Source: Eledone cirrhosa
Taxonomy: Eukaryota
Length of the DNA stretch: 64,000 nucleotides
NCBI GenBank assembly: GCA_964016885.1
Contig: OZ024746.1
Location: forward strand, 88,102,001 to 88,166,000
Direction: 5' to 3'
The position numbers and the translations under genes were made by a program. The first letter of the stretch is position 1; the number at the start of each line of letters is the position of its first letter. The notes under the pieces are model-generated. The model was given only the letters and a program-made list of their open reading frames with translations, searched no databases and was not told the DNA's origin. This document shows positions 14,326 to 28,125 of the stretch, piece after piece.

Positions 14326-14860
14326 AGATAGGAAGGCGTTAAATCATTTTAGTTAAATCATTTTAGTTAAATCATTTTAGAGAAACATTAAATATGTATT
14401 AATCTTTGTTGGTAATACACATTGATCGGTATGGATCCATTGGTAAAATTAGCTTATCGCTACAAAATAAAATAAATGTACTATAATAAACAATACAGAT
14501 TGCAGATAATCATCGGAAAGCAAATGAAATGAAATTAAATATTATTGATATAATATATAAATACATAACACGAAATACTTTTTGCGAAAATTAATATACA
14601 TACACTGCAATTAAATTATTGTCATGTAATTAGTGTTCATTTTCATAAAATCAGAATATCAAGTTTTCCTCCGGAGAAAAAGCATTGGTCCAGCATAATA
14701 TATAGGAAATGTGTACCCTCAGTAGTTGTAATGTTAAACCGGTGCATAGCTGTCTTCCTGTGTGAGCGGCAGTCTTTACACCTGTCGTTTAAAGAAATGG
14801 GAAACCAAGGCTATGGACACAGTTTTGTCACTCACACATACCCAACCCACACACAACACA

Positions 14861-14949
<89 letters not shown>

Positions 14950-14951
<2 letters not shown>

Positions 14952-15492
14952 TTTGTAGAAATATCAAGATGTTGTTTCTGCATGATGAATATAAGTCAAT
15001 TGAGTGCTCAACCGAGGGAGCCAAATAGTAATAATAGTAATTTTGAAGACAAAATCCAAAAAGGATAAACCTATATCAAATATATAAGAACCGTAGAGCA
15101 AATATTTATTAAAATAACAGATTAAAGTGTAAGCAAAGAATCGCTGCGATCACCCTTAATGGGTTCTTCTGAAATTAAAAAAATCAATCAGTGAACGAAG
15201 AAGTAAATATTTCGAAAAACGTTGCGACCGAAGGGAGACAGGAAGACGATAGGTAAGTTTTCCTGTTTGGTACGGGTATGTTCTTTGTAGAAATATTCAG
15301 ATGTTGTTTCTGCATGATGAATATAATTCAATAGAGCGCTCAACCGAGGGAGCCAAATAGTAATAATACTAATTTTGAAGACTAAAATCCAAAGAGGGCA
15401 CGATAAGTATAAATAGATATCAAATATATAAGATCCGTAGAGCAAATATTTCTTAAAATAACAGATTAAAGTTTAAGCAAAGAATCGCTGCT
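14950..15492 (+). repeat. Dispersed repeat family C, ~330 bp unit in partial tandem
   Basis: 14951-15150 recurs at 15283-15492. Other copies at 27610-27860 and 43798-44037 (inverted). Confidence 0.85.
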
Positions 15493-16297
15493 TGTGTGTG
15501 TGTAGGTTTCCAGCATCACCATCATCGTTCAAGTTGATTTTGCACTATATAAAATATAGATTATGATATTCACCGAAACTATATTATTGACATCTCACCA
15601 TAGCTCACAGGCTCAATGAACTAAAGAGAGTGAGGTTCATTTGTTCCATGTTACATTACATTACAGACACACAGTTAGTAAGTGAATGTTATCGTAGTGG
15701 TGTTGAGGTATTGGTTACACTGATAAGATCTTCCTGACTGAATTCAGTTTCATTATAACTCTCCGGCCCGTAAGAGCTATATATGCTATATGCAGATGAT
15801 TTCGTAATATCGCGAAATGTTACGCAATTTAGGTTACGCAATGTTACGCTTCAGCAGGGTTGGTCTTTAAAACGTCCATGCCTAGCGAGTGTGCAAGCTA
15901 ATCGATTCTGGCAGTTCCCTGCCGTGTAGGTCCGTAATTACTAGAATTCAAGGATAGCGATTTGAAAACAATATACTGACTCCTGCCTGATAAGCCAGAT
16001 TTTCATATCAGCTGATAGGCCAGTCTGTTTCGTGCATACGATCAGTGGATCTGGTGATATGCAGATATGACTGATCAGGCAGTCTTCTAATATGCATATC
16101 AGGCCGATCAGTCACTGTATATTTTAGAAAAATCATATATTTTCACTAGCTCTCACAGTTGGCAGGTATATTGTACAGTTGAAGGGTAATCACCCAGAAA
16201 CATTAGTGCCTGTAGTTCTGTTTACATGCCAACACAATAGCAAGAATGTCGGGATCATTCTACTGACATGGCTTACATCGAATACTATTATTAGTAT

Positions 16298-16359
<62 letters not shown>

Positions 16360-16371
16360 TTAATGTCTATC

Positions 16372-16596
16372 TTAAGCCAGAAGGTACATTTGGTCGGTGC
16401 TTATCCTGGTTTCACCATGCCATGAAGCGCGGAGAGTACAAGACTCCGCCCTGGGTAGGACGACAGTCCGTCGCAGGTTAACCCCCCACCCCCAGCTAAT
16501 GCTGGTACTCATTTTCAGCTGAGTATACTGGAGTAAACTAAAATGAAGTGATTTTTTTGCTCAAGAACAGAACACCGAACCCAGCAATCGACCCCA
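16372..16596 (-). mobile_element. tRNA-derived SINE with CORE-like and V-like domains
   Basis: Minus strand reads GGTCGATTGC (box B-like), TTCTTGAGCAA..CACTT (CORE-like), GCTGAAAATGAGTACCAGC, AACCTGCGACGGACTGTCGTCCTACCCAGGG (V-like). Confidence 0.7.
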
Positions 16597-16867
16597 TTTA
16601 GGCGTGTGCGTAAATGTGTCAGTGTACATTCGCCCATTTTGAGAAATTATGATTCACTTTGGATATGTTATTCTTTTTTTTATTTTAGCAGTTCGTCACA
16701 AGCGTGTTTAATGGACGATTCCTTTATTTTGTTGCACAGTATTTACTTTAATATTTGTTACCGTCACTATCAAGAATGAAACAAATATCGACCACTTACT
16801 GGTCATAAAAAAATGTTATTGATATTTAGCTGGGAATATTCTTCGATGACTTAGTATTATTAATTTC

Positions 16868-17075
16868 AGGCGGTGGATTGGCTGTATCAGTAGAGAGTCG
16901 GACGCCATGCCTCGCAGCATAGAGTTACGACCCTTAACAGTCTAACTTCAAATCCTGCCGAGGTTAATTTTGCATTTCATCCTTACGGGGGTCGATCAAA
17001 TAAAGCTCCAGTAATGCACTGCGATAACTACTGGCCTTGTTTATTTATTTTTACCCTACAGTAGAAACAATTATT
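16868..17075 (+). mobile_element. tRNA-derived SINE (MetaSINE-like core)
   Basis: Box A TGGCTGTATCAGTAG, box B TTCAAATCC, core TTTCATCCTTACGGGGGTCGAT..AATAAAG..CCAG, AT-rich tail. At least 7 copies in the window. Confidence 0.85.
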
Positions 17076-17437
17076 TATTTTTACCGTTGAAACCTAAATT
17101 CGTGTTTTCGATCACAAGAAAAAAGAGTAACAAACTATACAAAAGAAAATACGCAAATATATAACAGATATAACTGTTAAGTTCAGCAGTTGATAAAAAT
17201 ATATTCTTTCAATGAATGTGCACTATCAAGTGGTAGAATTATAGTAACAAATATTTCTACATCTTTATGACCATTCTATTAACAATCATCGTTAACTTAA
17301 ATCATAATTATCTCACATAACAATGCCCATAACTTCAATTACAATATAATCCGTGACAAATGTCTTACCCTGACGTGTAGCATGTAGATACGTACGAGTG
17401 TTGATTTTAATGATACATATACACACACACACATACC

Positions 17438-17469
<32 letters not shown>

Positions 17470-17477
17470 CGTACAAG

Positions 17478-17558
<81 letters not shown>

Positions 17559-17561
<3 letters not shown>

Positions 17562-18416
17562 TAAGTCCATAGAATCATTAGATAAAATATATACAGTATA
17601 TTTCTTCTCCCAATCAGCATAATCACCCATACACAAATCATTTAAACGAGGCTATAAGTTTAGAATATACCTATGAAGAAATAATAGATAAATAAATGAT
17701 ACCCTTTTATCAACGATTCACAGGCACAGAAAATGTACCTATTATGTCTGATAGCCTGATGAATTGACTAGACATATAGTTAATTAGGTACAAAATCAAA
17801 GTTAGAAGAAAAAGTGTACATAAACATACCAAAATTATCAAAATATATCTCTACCCCGGAGGTTTCATTCGATTTTTGGATATATCCAATCTTGGATAAA
17901 TCAACGAGTTTCGAAATCATCAGAACACAAACTCAATTGGACAAATATTTTTCTTAAATGATCCTCGCCAGAAACGGATTCAAAATGGCTAAGAATTGTC
18001 ACGTGGCCAGTGGTCAAGTCAGAAAGCTTATGATTAGTGCCTGTCGGCGAGTAGGCCGGTTGCTAGATAGCATAGCCGAACACTGCCTAAAGTTTTACTC
18101 AACATTACGGGAGTATATAAAATTGAGAAGTTTGCATACACATAAACTAGACAGAGCCATAGATATATGTTTTTGACACGGTGTGGCTCAATGACGAATT
18201 AATTATCAGACGAATTAATTAATATCAGAAATACTAGGTACATTTTCTGTGGCTGTTAATCGCGGATAAAAAGATATCATGTATTTATCTATTATTTCTT
18301 CATAGGTATATTTTAAACTTATAGCCTCGTTTAAATGATTTTTTGTATGATTGATTATGCTGATTGGGAGAAGAAATACTGTATATATTTTATCTAATGA
18401 TTTTATGGACTTACTT
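17559..18416. mobile_element. MITE/foldback-like element with ~190 bp terminal inverted repeats
   Basis: 17559-17745 is the reverse complement of ~18232-18416. The left end abuts (TA)n. Confidence 0.8.
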
Positions 18417-18510
18417 TCTTATATATTGCTCTGATTGTTGATTATTTAATTAATTAATTCCTCATTGAGCTACACAGTGAATGGTTTCCAAAAACATAAC
18501 TTCTAAATGT

Positions 18511-18564
<54 letters not shown>

Positions 18565-18926
18565 GAGAGAGAGAGAAGGGAAGATAGATAGATGTGTGTA
18601 TGTGTACGTATGTGTATGTGTGTGTTTGTGTGTGTAGATATACAGATTCTACCTGAGATAATATTCGACATTTCGCTTTCAAAGCAAATAAATGTCTGGA
18701 TTCTTCCTGTCTAAATCAATATATACTTGTACGTATTAAATGTCTACGCATTATTTAAATCCATCATATACGATGCAAATGTTCACTCTCGTAGTGATTA
18801 TTTATTCAAAATTCTGGCCAGGGCTGGTATTCTATAATTCTTTGAATCTGCACATTTTTGGACGAATGTTTTATAAAGTATACTAAACTAACTGAGTGTA
18901 AACTGAAACTAATAATTTGTGACTAG

Positions 18927-18998
18927 TGACGTTGAAAATGCTGAAGCTGCAAGACATTTCGCCACCAAACTTGTAGAAAAAATGGAAATGGTTGGTAG
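18927..18998 (+). CDS. Candidate internal exon (DVENAEAARHFATKLVEKMEMVG)
   Basis: ctaat..gactag| acceptor, strong AG|gtaagc donor, 72 nt, phase 2/2, protein-like helical composition. Confidence 0.45.
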
Positions 18999-19926
18999 GT
19001 AAGCTATGGTTATTTAGAACACACATGTCACAAACAATCATAATGTAGGGAAACTCTTAGCCTCATTATAGACGACACTATATTAAAGGATATGTGTGTA
19101 TGCACGCGTGTGGAATCAGATGTAGAAGACAATATTCTGAAACTGAAGAATATTACATATATAATGAATAACTTGTTGAGAGTTTTCCCTATTTTAGAGT
19201 TTTAAGTAGATTAGCACAGTTTCTATTTCCTTAGATACTTACAGCTAATCATAAACTCCTTAGACAATTCCTTTTTTTCACGAACTCGCATATGCAAAGA
19301 TCCAAGTACTTATCTAACTCACATTTCTCCATTCTGTGGACCTTACATAACCGTCCCTAGACGACTAATGTGAAGCCATATATGTATGTATATTACTGTA
19401 TATATGTATGTATATATTACTGTGTATATGTATGTCTATTACTGTATATATGTATATTACTATATATATGTATGTCAATTACTGTCTAGGAGATGTTCGC
19501 AACTCTAATCTTGATATAAAATCAAAACCATCTAATTATTTGTCTAAGAGCATCCAGCGACATCTAATCCTCAGTTAACATATTCTATCAGCAAGAACTC
19601 CTCCTCTATATCATTTTCAATATCTAGTACATAAACTGTAAATCTCCATTCGGGAATTCAACTGTTGCAAGCACACACACTGATCTGATAATACATATAT
19701 TCAAAGCATAAAAAACACCAATGGTGGTCTCCGCAAATCCAAACGCATTATTTACAATATATAAACCACCATGCAGTTATTGAATCAACCAACCGGAAAT
19801 GAGTAATGAATTGATGGGAAAACCAACAGATGCGTGTCGTTTTATTGACAGCATGAGCCTCCCGAAGTATAACAATATCGGTTGCAACTACTGTTTTCAG
19901 ATAAGTCTCTATTTATAAAACAAACT

Positions 19927-19996
19927 TTGTATTTTATCTGATGAAAGCGAACCAATGTTGCCTTGGTTGCCCTTGAAATATATATAATAACATAAA
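19927..19996 (+). ncRNA. Type I minimal hammerhead ribozyme motif in a family A arm (19890-20135)
   Basis: TTTTAT-CTGATGA(19938)-AAGCGAACCAA..TTGGTTGCCCTT-GAAA(19975)-T-ATAT-ATA^ATAACATA. Confidence 0.7.
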
Positions 19997-20254
19997 TATG
20001 GTTTTATAAACGTAGTCTCCATTCATTTAATATTATTGAATCTTTACTCCAGGTTAGAGTTGAGGGCTCTAAATCAATTATAAACATTTATGTTTGTCGT
20101 ACTTCCAACACATTAAATACAACTTCTACTTATTTATATATATATGAATTTATATATAGTGTATTTTGCAATACACTCTATGCTTAATTAAAAGTATTTC
20201 GAAGACCTTATGCTATTGTTTTAGAGTAGGGTCAGTCTCATTTACTTTAATTTG

Positions 20255-20339
20255 CAGCAAGCAGGGGAGATAAAGCTGACATAGCTCTGTTTCGCATTTT
20301 TTTATGCTTATCAAAGCTAACTACTCCTCCTGTTTGCTG
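20255..20339 (-). ncRNA. Extended type I hammerhead ribozyme with U3-A8 core variant
   Basis: Minus strand: CAGCAAACAGGAGGAGTAGTT-AGCT-TTGATAA-GCAT-A6-ATGC-GAA-ACA-GAGCTA-TGT-C^AGCT-TTATCTCCCCTGCTTGCTG. All three stems pair and the cleavage site is GUC. Confidence 0.8.
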
Positions 20340-20459
20340 AAAATCATGAATGTTTGATTCTTTATCTGAATGTGTCTATATGTATGTACACATATATCTT
20401 TTTCTATATTGCTAAATATTTTTATTTGTTATATATTATTTTTCTTACCCTTCTTTCCT

Positions 20460-21756
20460 TCTTTCCCGATACCTACCCGAAGTACAGCTGAACTTCTACA
20501 GGAAATCTTTCGTATCTTTGCTTCTTTCGTTTAAATATTCCACGACTCTCTACCACTTTTCTCCTACTACAATCTTCTTACACCACCTTCTTCTCACCCA
20601 TCTATGTTCCCCTCCCACCCTAATACCTTCAATATGCCCAATTCCAAATCATTTCTCCGCCAGCTCTATTCTACTCTCAAGCGCCCCCCTCTATATGCAT
20701 CCAATCCTCCCTGTATCTCTCCGACTTCCTCTTCACCAAAACATGATCCAACAGACACATCACCATTTTAAGTCGCTGTCTCCACCACCACCTTATTCCC
20801 CGCGGTTTCCGCATCAAGTTTCACCCCACTTCTTATTCTGCTCCCTCCACTGAGCCCTTCCTTACTACTCCTCTCTCCAGCTCATGCGGGCCACCATTCG
20901 ATCAACTCTAGCCGAAATCCGTTCTCTCGACCAAGATCTCCCCAAGGCCTATCTCGATCTCTCCTCCACTTGCCACCTTTACCTCGCTCAATCCCTTATC
21001 AAATTCATCCTTTACCTCAATCGCATACTTTTCAATTTCCTCACTTCCGTAAAAAAACACAAACTCGTCTCTCTCCGCTCCCCGCCTGCCGTCACCAATC
21101 TTACTCATATCACCTCCAACCCTAACCGCTCTATCCCGTCACCTACCACCCCCTTTTATCTCCCCATCACTGGATCTGCACACGCTTTTCCCAACCACCT
21201 TCACCCATCCGCATCCGCCTCTTTCACTCCCTCACGTCCCTGCACTGTAGTTACCATACCCTAGGACCTACCACTCTCCGAAGCTGAGCGCTCCCTCCTA
21301 GCCCGTGATTTGCATTTTGCACCAACCACATCTACCTGCGACGAGTTCCGTACACGTGTCGAGACTGAAAGGTTCTTCCGTCAATTAAAGTTGAAAGCTT
21401 TTTTTCACAACAGGCCACAGACGGATGACTTCACTCGTCTCACTCGCAGACAATCACACTGGACGCCGAGTTCTGGCCAATTCAGCACCCTCGACTCCTT
21501 CGTCGATACTTGCGGGCGTACTGTGAATCGGTTCCGTTTCCACCAGCATTCTCGTCGCTCTAACATAACGCGGACTGAGCTCTCCGCTCTTCGCAACTTT
21601 CGGCGACGAGATGACATTGTCATCAATCCAGCTGATAAAGGTGGCGCTGTGGTGGTTTGGGGCGTTGACCTCTATAGGACTGAGGCTCTCCGGCAGCTTC
21701 ACAATACCCTTTTTTACCACCTTTTATCCCCCAACCCCACTCTTGGCTACCAACAA
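20460..21756 (+). pseudogene. 5' half of a Neptune-like Penelope element
   Basis: LSEAERSLLA.DLHFAPT, FFRQLKLKAFF, WTP, NITRTELSAL, IVINPADKGGAVVVW, YRTEALRQL. Ends abruptly at NPTLGYQQ. Confidence 0.88.
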
Positions 21757-21886
21757 AGGAATCAAATAAATATTTTTTAAAAAGTCTCCAGTTGTAATTT
21801 TCGATTTCTTCATTTTACCTTATATTTTCACGCGTGTAGGGCATCTCATTTCTTTTCATTTTGTAAAAAAAAACTCCTTTTCTAAT
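21757..21886 (+). repeat. Fragment of hammerhead-bearing repeat family E
   Basis: Diverged reverse complement of 45778-45920. Confidence 0.7.
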
Positions 21887-21889
21887 ATA

Positions 21890-22057
<168 letters not shown>

Positions 22058-22059
22058 CA

Positions 22060-22123
<64 letters not shown>

Positions 22124-22234
22124 AATATATATGTATGTATATATATATGTATATATTTATGTATAAAAATAATAATAAAATGTGAAGAGAAAGCACACGA
22201 GTTAGGGTATATATATATGTATATATATATATAT

Positions 22235-22549
22235 ATATGAAAACAGGGAGAAAAAGACGATTATTAAGAATAAACAGATTGTTTTCCCTTTTTATTTATT
22301 TCTCTCTTTTATCTGGGATAGATAAAAATGCTGAACCCAGTAATAGACAATTATTAAATATATAAATAAATAAATAAATAAATGTCATTGTTAATTAATA
22401 AATAAATCAACTAATACCTTAACACTTCACACAAAGTAAAATATTTCGTTTTAATCATTTTCTAATACAGAAAAAAGAGACAAATAAATAAAAAGGGAAA
22501 AAAAAATATTTTTCTTCCTAATAATCGTCTTTTTTTCCCTGTTTTCATA
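22235..22549. mobile_element. Small foldback element between (TA)n tracts
   Basis: ATGAAAACAGGGAGAAAAAGACGATTATTA.. pairs with ..TAATAATCGTCTTTTTTTCCCTGTTTTCAT. Arms ~100 bp. Confidence 0.8.
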
Positions 22550-22564
22550 TATATATATATATAT

Positions 22565-22646
<82 letters not shown>

Positions 22647-22659
22647 TTATATATATATT

Positions 22660-23418
22660 TAAGAGTTAAACAGGTTCAATGAATACATCAAAGAATGAGT
22701 TTTACAGTAGATTGGAAGCACTCAACAGTTCACAAAAAATGTGTTGTCCAGAGTTATTAATATTAATTCAAAATATTAACAAAGTAGATATTCTTGTGAT
22801 GAATTATATTTGATTATACATATTTCAGAGGTACTGAGTTCAGTTCAAAGGTACGTTCTCATCAGATAAAATAAAATGATACATGACATACCCTGACATG
22901 GTAGATGGTTAAGATTCAATCAAGGTAGTAATTAACTTATGACAAAACTCTATATGTATACCCTAATATTGAGAACATGAGACAACGTAATACAAACAAT
23001 ATAGAGGGTGCGTGTAATAAAGTTTAAGAAATACAGTGCATCAATATAACAGTTATGATCTTTTTAATTTTTAAAATCTACTGGAGAAAGAGGATGGAAT
23101 AGTAAGCATAGAGTAAGAAATAGCTGATGTGATAATATATTTAGTATGTGGCTTGAGAAGACAGATGGAAGATGATTAAAGAGAGAGAGGGAGACAAAGG
23201 GGAGTAATTTATGTTCAAGTTTCTATACACACATATTTCTTTATAATATAGTTGGCGGTTAATTTTCAAAATACTTAATTTATGTTATTTCAGGGTAAAG
23301 AATCATTTCATTTTATCTGATAAGGACGTACAGTTGAACTTAACTCAGTACCTCTGAAATATGTATAATAAAATATAATTGATCACAAGAATATCTATCG
23401 TGTTAATATTTTGAATTA
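22660..23418. mobile_element. Family A-related foldback element with outward-facing hammerhead motifs
   Basis: Arms ~22757-22881 and ~23302-23418. Minus-strand core CTGATGA(22865-22859)..GAAA-T-ATGT-ATA; plus-strand core CTGATAA(23317)..GAAA(23356)-T-ATGT-ATA-ATAAAA. Confidence 0.78.
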
Positions 23419-23425
23419 ATATATA

Positions 23426-23515
<90 letters not shown>

Positions 23516-25129
23516 GTGTGGGTGTGTGTGTGTGGGGGGGGACTCTGTGTCTGTGTATATGTATATGTATATATATATATATATGTGGTGGGATATGTGT
23601 GTGTGTGTGAGTGTATGTGTGTCTGTTTGTATATATATATGAACATGTGTTGTCAAATGATTAAGACTATCTTTCAATCTTTAACAGAAAGAAACATAAT
23701 AACTTATAATAAAAATACAATACTCACAATGATAAATTATATGGGCAGCGCGCTATCTGACATCAGTTTCCCTAAAAAGTAGTATGTTCTATGACCACAT
23801 TTTCCCATAAAGACACCCTGATTACGATCGCCTATACTAGAGATAAGAGCTTGGCAATATTTTTGTTTAAAATAGTTTATTCTATACACCCGTAAACGAC
23901 ATTTGTGCTAAATAATTGTCAGGGATATTTTCAGGTCACTCCTGATGTAGTTATAACCTTTTATAAGTATTATTACACTAACTTTCTTTTGGCTGGTTGT
24001 ATGTCTCATTTTCTGTAATGTATATTTATCATCATATGTTTTTGCATGCTGTCGTAAAATTGTGGTCATACGGGTGTATGATTGTGTGTATGTGGTTTTA
24101 GGCGTATGGGAGGGAGACAGAGAGGGAGAGACATATATAGAGGGGGAGAGAGAGAGTTTGCGTGACTATATTTCTGGGTAGGATGTTTCTCATTTCATCA
24201 AATTTTTTAAATAAGAGCACAATTCAAACTCAACCTTGTGTCTCCTGGTAATCGAATTACTGTTGATTGAATTATTTGGGCCTCTATGAGTGTAGCAAAT
24301 GCCTACAAGAAATGTAGTTTTGTACATATTATTATTATATTTGCAATCATTATTCGGTTTCAGGATTTATCTGATTACGTTATATTTCATTGTGACTAAT
24401 TAATTATTATCTTAGTGAATGATTTATTAAACCTGATTCCGGTGTAAACTGTGATGACATTGAACACGTATAAAAGGGCATTAAGCAACGTATTATAGAG
24501 TAGTAAAAATTGCATTGTAAAACAGTTCTATAATAATTATCATGCCACTTCTAATACATACGTGCAATTGCCTGGCCCTTGTGTGTTGTAGCAGTGTAGT
24601 AGACATTTTACGGATTATTTCCATATTGTAACTGCTAAAAATTCTACAAGATAGCGCACATTTTGTTTTGAACTATAGATGATTAACCAAAGGTGGGTTC
24701 AGGCCAAATGAATCCAAGAAGAAAATATGTTCCCGAATTGATCAACAGTGACTATATTTTCCGATATACGATTTTCCAATTTAAGACATTAGAATAGTGC
24801 TTGACAAAAATTGGGAACATATTTGTTGCCACTAATTAGACAATCTCATTTTAGATTGTAGTATGCATGACTGTAAGACAAGAGGATGACATAATGGAAT
24901 TGATTAAGAAAATCATTACACGAAATACCGATGTAATCCGTCAGATTCAAGTTTTAATGCCCAAAATATGAATATACCCGTGTTTTACGATGCGTTAATA
25001 GTTACAAAATATGTTATTTTCTTCGAGATTTTAATTGTTACGGTCCTGTAGTCAAAACATTTAAACCCTTTTTTTACGCAAGGTGATGATGAATGCGTAT
25101 AATTAATTCCATTATAACATATAGCTTGT

Positions 25130-25690
25130 GTCGATTCTTCATTTTCTTCGAAGCATTCAAACTATGTTTTGCGGCTGGTCTGAGAGAATCCAAATGCGAG
25201 CGATCTCTGATCTTCAATGTTTTTTTCTCAATCACTCGCATTCACAGAATGGTGTAGGCACTTGTCGAATTGTGAGAATCAAAATGCCGTCTATTTGATT
25301 TTTGAGGTACTCATTTGTATTAATATCCGTGGTTGGCGTTCAAATCGCTAGGGGAGTAAAGTTTTCCTAAATTCCGATGAGTTTTGAGAGAAAGTTTGAG
25401 AGAAATATTGATATAGAAACTGCCAACTCCGTTTGAGAGTAGCTCTTCTGATGTTCCATAGTTCGATTTCAATTATCATCTAATTTTATAAGATGCCTGT
25501 AGGTGGTGGGCATTCCTAGGAGATGATATTGGCTAAATAACTGAAAATCGTTCAAAATAAGCCGAACATCTTAAGCGTTCGCTGTATTTCTTTAAACATT
25601 TACCACTTCGCTTTCAAAGACTAGTCGTTCTTTGCAATGAGCAGAGCAATTTCAACAATCAATGTTCAAGTTACAACAGGTTGAGACATG
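25130..25690 (-). pseudogene. Possible highly decayed Tc1/mariner-type transposase
   Basis: Weak fragments only (IVEIALLIAKN.SL; DKCLHHSVN..RIWILSDQP); many stops. Confidence 0.25.
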
Positions 25691-27527
25691 ATACTCAGTA
25701 TATGCAATGTGCGAGGCGTTTAGATTGCATTGGTCCAGCCACGCTTTAGCACGAGGGAGACAACCATCGACGTTACAGCAGGATTGAACGCCAGGCTATC
25801 TACTTCACACTAATCTAATCCCACTCCATTTCCAAATTCTAAAAATTCTTGATACGAGAGAGGAACAGGTACTAGTAAGTGCGAACACGCGGAGACCTGG
25901 ATTGGTAATATAAAATCATGTGACGCAATAACTAGAGTGGTTCCCCACTGACCAAGAAGCAATGGGGCCAGGCAGAAAACGCGCCATTGACAGACTGAAC
26001 TTCTTCAGTAGTACACGGGTCCCAAATTCATTCTAGTGAAGGGGCCAAAAAACTGACACGCATACAACCTATTTCACCACCTACCACACATGAATCGAAA
26101 TATACACACTTGTTTATGTACACAAGGAAATATTGATAAATGTTTTGCTAACAAATTCATTTGGGGCATCACTATCCGGTCTCAAAATACATATTTTTAT
26201 TCACAATGCACACATCGCCGATCCGAGCGAGCATCTGCGTTTGGCATTATTAATGGATTTTGCTATTTCCAGCAATAGAAAGTCTCTTACAGTAAAATAT
26301 CTATATCATATAAACGACGTAGAGGAGGAAAAAATGCAAATAAACCGAAAAGAAATGAAGACATGAAGTAAAAGCATAACCGCACGAAAATAAAACTGAA
26401 CGCACTGGAGAACTATAAAGCATGGCCAGATATGACTTTTGTTTAGTAATACGATTGTTCACTGATGCTCGAAGTTCTTTTCATATTTGCTCCTTTGCAC
26501 TTGTATGTACTTTTTGTATTATGCAAGTAAAATAATAGATATTCATAGACACGTTCATAGACGCAGAAAAGGCAGAGAGAGCCATATGTTAAGAACCTAG
26601 ATTGAAATATATGGGCATAAATACATGAATTCATTTATCTTCAGCGATGTCTTATTATTCTACACATTTATACAAAGGCTGACATCACCCATTCACATTT
26701 AACTCACACATTAGTTCTCACATGCGTAAACATACAGCCATGTGCACATATATAGGCATATACACATGCTTAACATACTAGTATATATACATATTTAAGT
26801 GAATATTGTCCTCTTCTTCAACTGCTCTTACTTTTTTTAAATATAGATATATGTATGCACTTGTTTGATTGAGTGTATACATAATTGCTATGAACCATAG
26901 GATATGTAGATGCATGCGCATATATAAAACTACAATACATGTGCATGCATATATGCGTATATTCCTACACTTAGAAGGCTGAACAAGATTCCAATAATTC
27001 ATATTGTATCAATAATCCAATAGGACAGGAATAAATGGAAAACTAATATTAGATAGAAGAATCAGTTTATTAAACATCTTCCCTACTATATTTCCCGAGG
27101 GAGAAAATACACTTATTACAATAAACCTATAAACTTAACATAGGTACAAGAAATCGCCTTTTATAAGAATACTTCTTACAATTTCCTATAAATGCTAATG
27201 ACTGCATCTCATTGTTCACATACTCATTTTTCCCTCGGTTTTGAATATTAAAGAAAACTCGATTCTCAAACAATGTAATCTGAAGAGAACGCAGGAAATT
27301 ATTATTTGATATTTATTTCATGAAACCAATTTCATTTTTTCAATATTTTCAGAATCTAAGAAGTATAAATAAAACAGCAACAGTCGACATTGGTTGGAAG
27401 ATTATTACACATATATTCCTGTAAAGATAGGTTTCTGAATCAGATACATACTTTCATATGAGTTCCAAAGTTTTGTCAATTTTTTTCGCTAAAACTATGT
27501 AATTGAATTGATGGTTTTGAAATATAT

Positions 27528-27609
<82 letters not shown>

Positions 27610-27613
<4 letters not shown>

Positions 27614-28125
27614 ATAATAATAAATTTGAAGACTAAAATCCAAAGAGGACTCGATAAGGATAAATATATATCAAATATATAAGAACCGTTGAGCAAATAT
27701 TTATTAAAATAACAGATTAAATTTTAAGCAAAGAATCGCTGCTTTCACCCTTAACGGGATGTTCTGAAACTAACAAAGACAATCTGTAAACGCTGAAGTG
27801 GATATTTCAAAAAACATTGCAACTGGAGGAAGAGAGGAAGACGATACTTTGGTTCGTAGAAACGTTCCCTGGCAAAGAACGGGAAAAAACGAATATAATA
27901 CGTCATAAATAGGAGCAGTGAAAAACAATTACGCGCAAAGACAGAACCACGTTTATGGTATAAAAGTAGTCGTAGACTAAGGTTCTCTTGGGTGGTTCAT
28001 AGAGACATTCTCTAGCAATGAACAGAAAAAACGAAGATAATACGTCGTATGTCGAGGGTGGAGAACAATTGCACGCAAAGACAAAACCACGTAAATGGTA
28101 TAGCTGAAGTCGTAGACTAAAATTC
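27610..28125 (+). repeat. Family C copy followed by a ~140 bp diverged tandem duplication
   Basis: 27610-27860 matches 15026-15250. 27884-27985 is repeated at 28026-28125. Confidence 0.75.

Noticed and set aside
16868-16960. tRNA-like box A/box B (also at other SINE copies)
   Set aside because: SINE heads with no complete cloverleaf.
17906-17923. Minus-strand CTGATGA-TTTC-GAAAC, and CTGATGA-hairpin at 17756
   Set aside because: The first has no stem II; the second lacks GAAA after the hairpin.
25930-26060. AGTGGTTCCC..GGGGCC hAT-MITE-like sequence
   Set aside because: No matching second terminal repeat or target-site duplication found.
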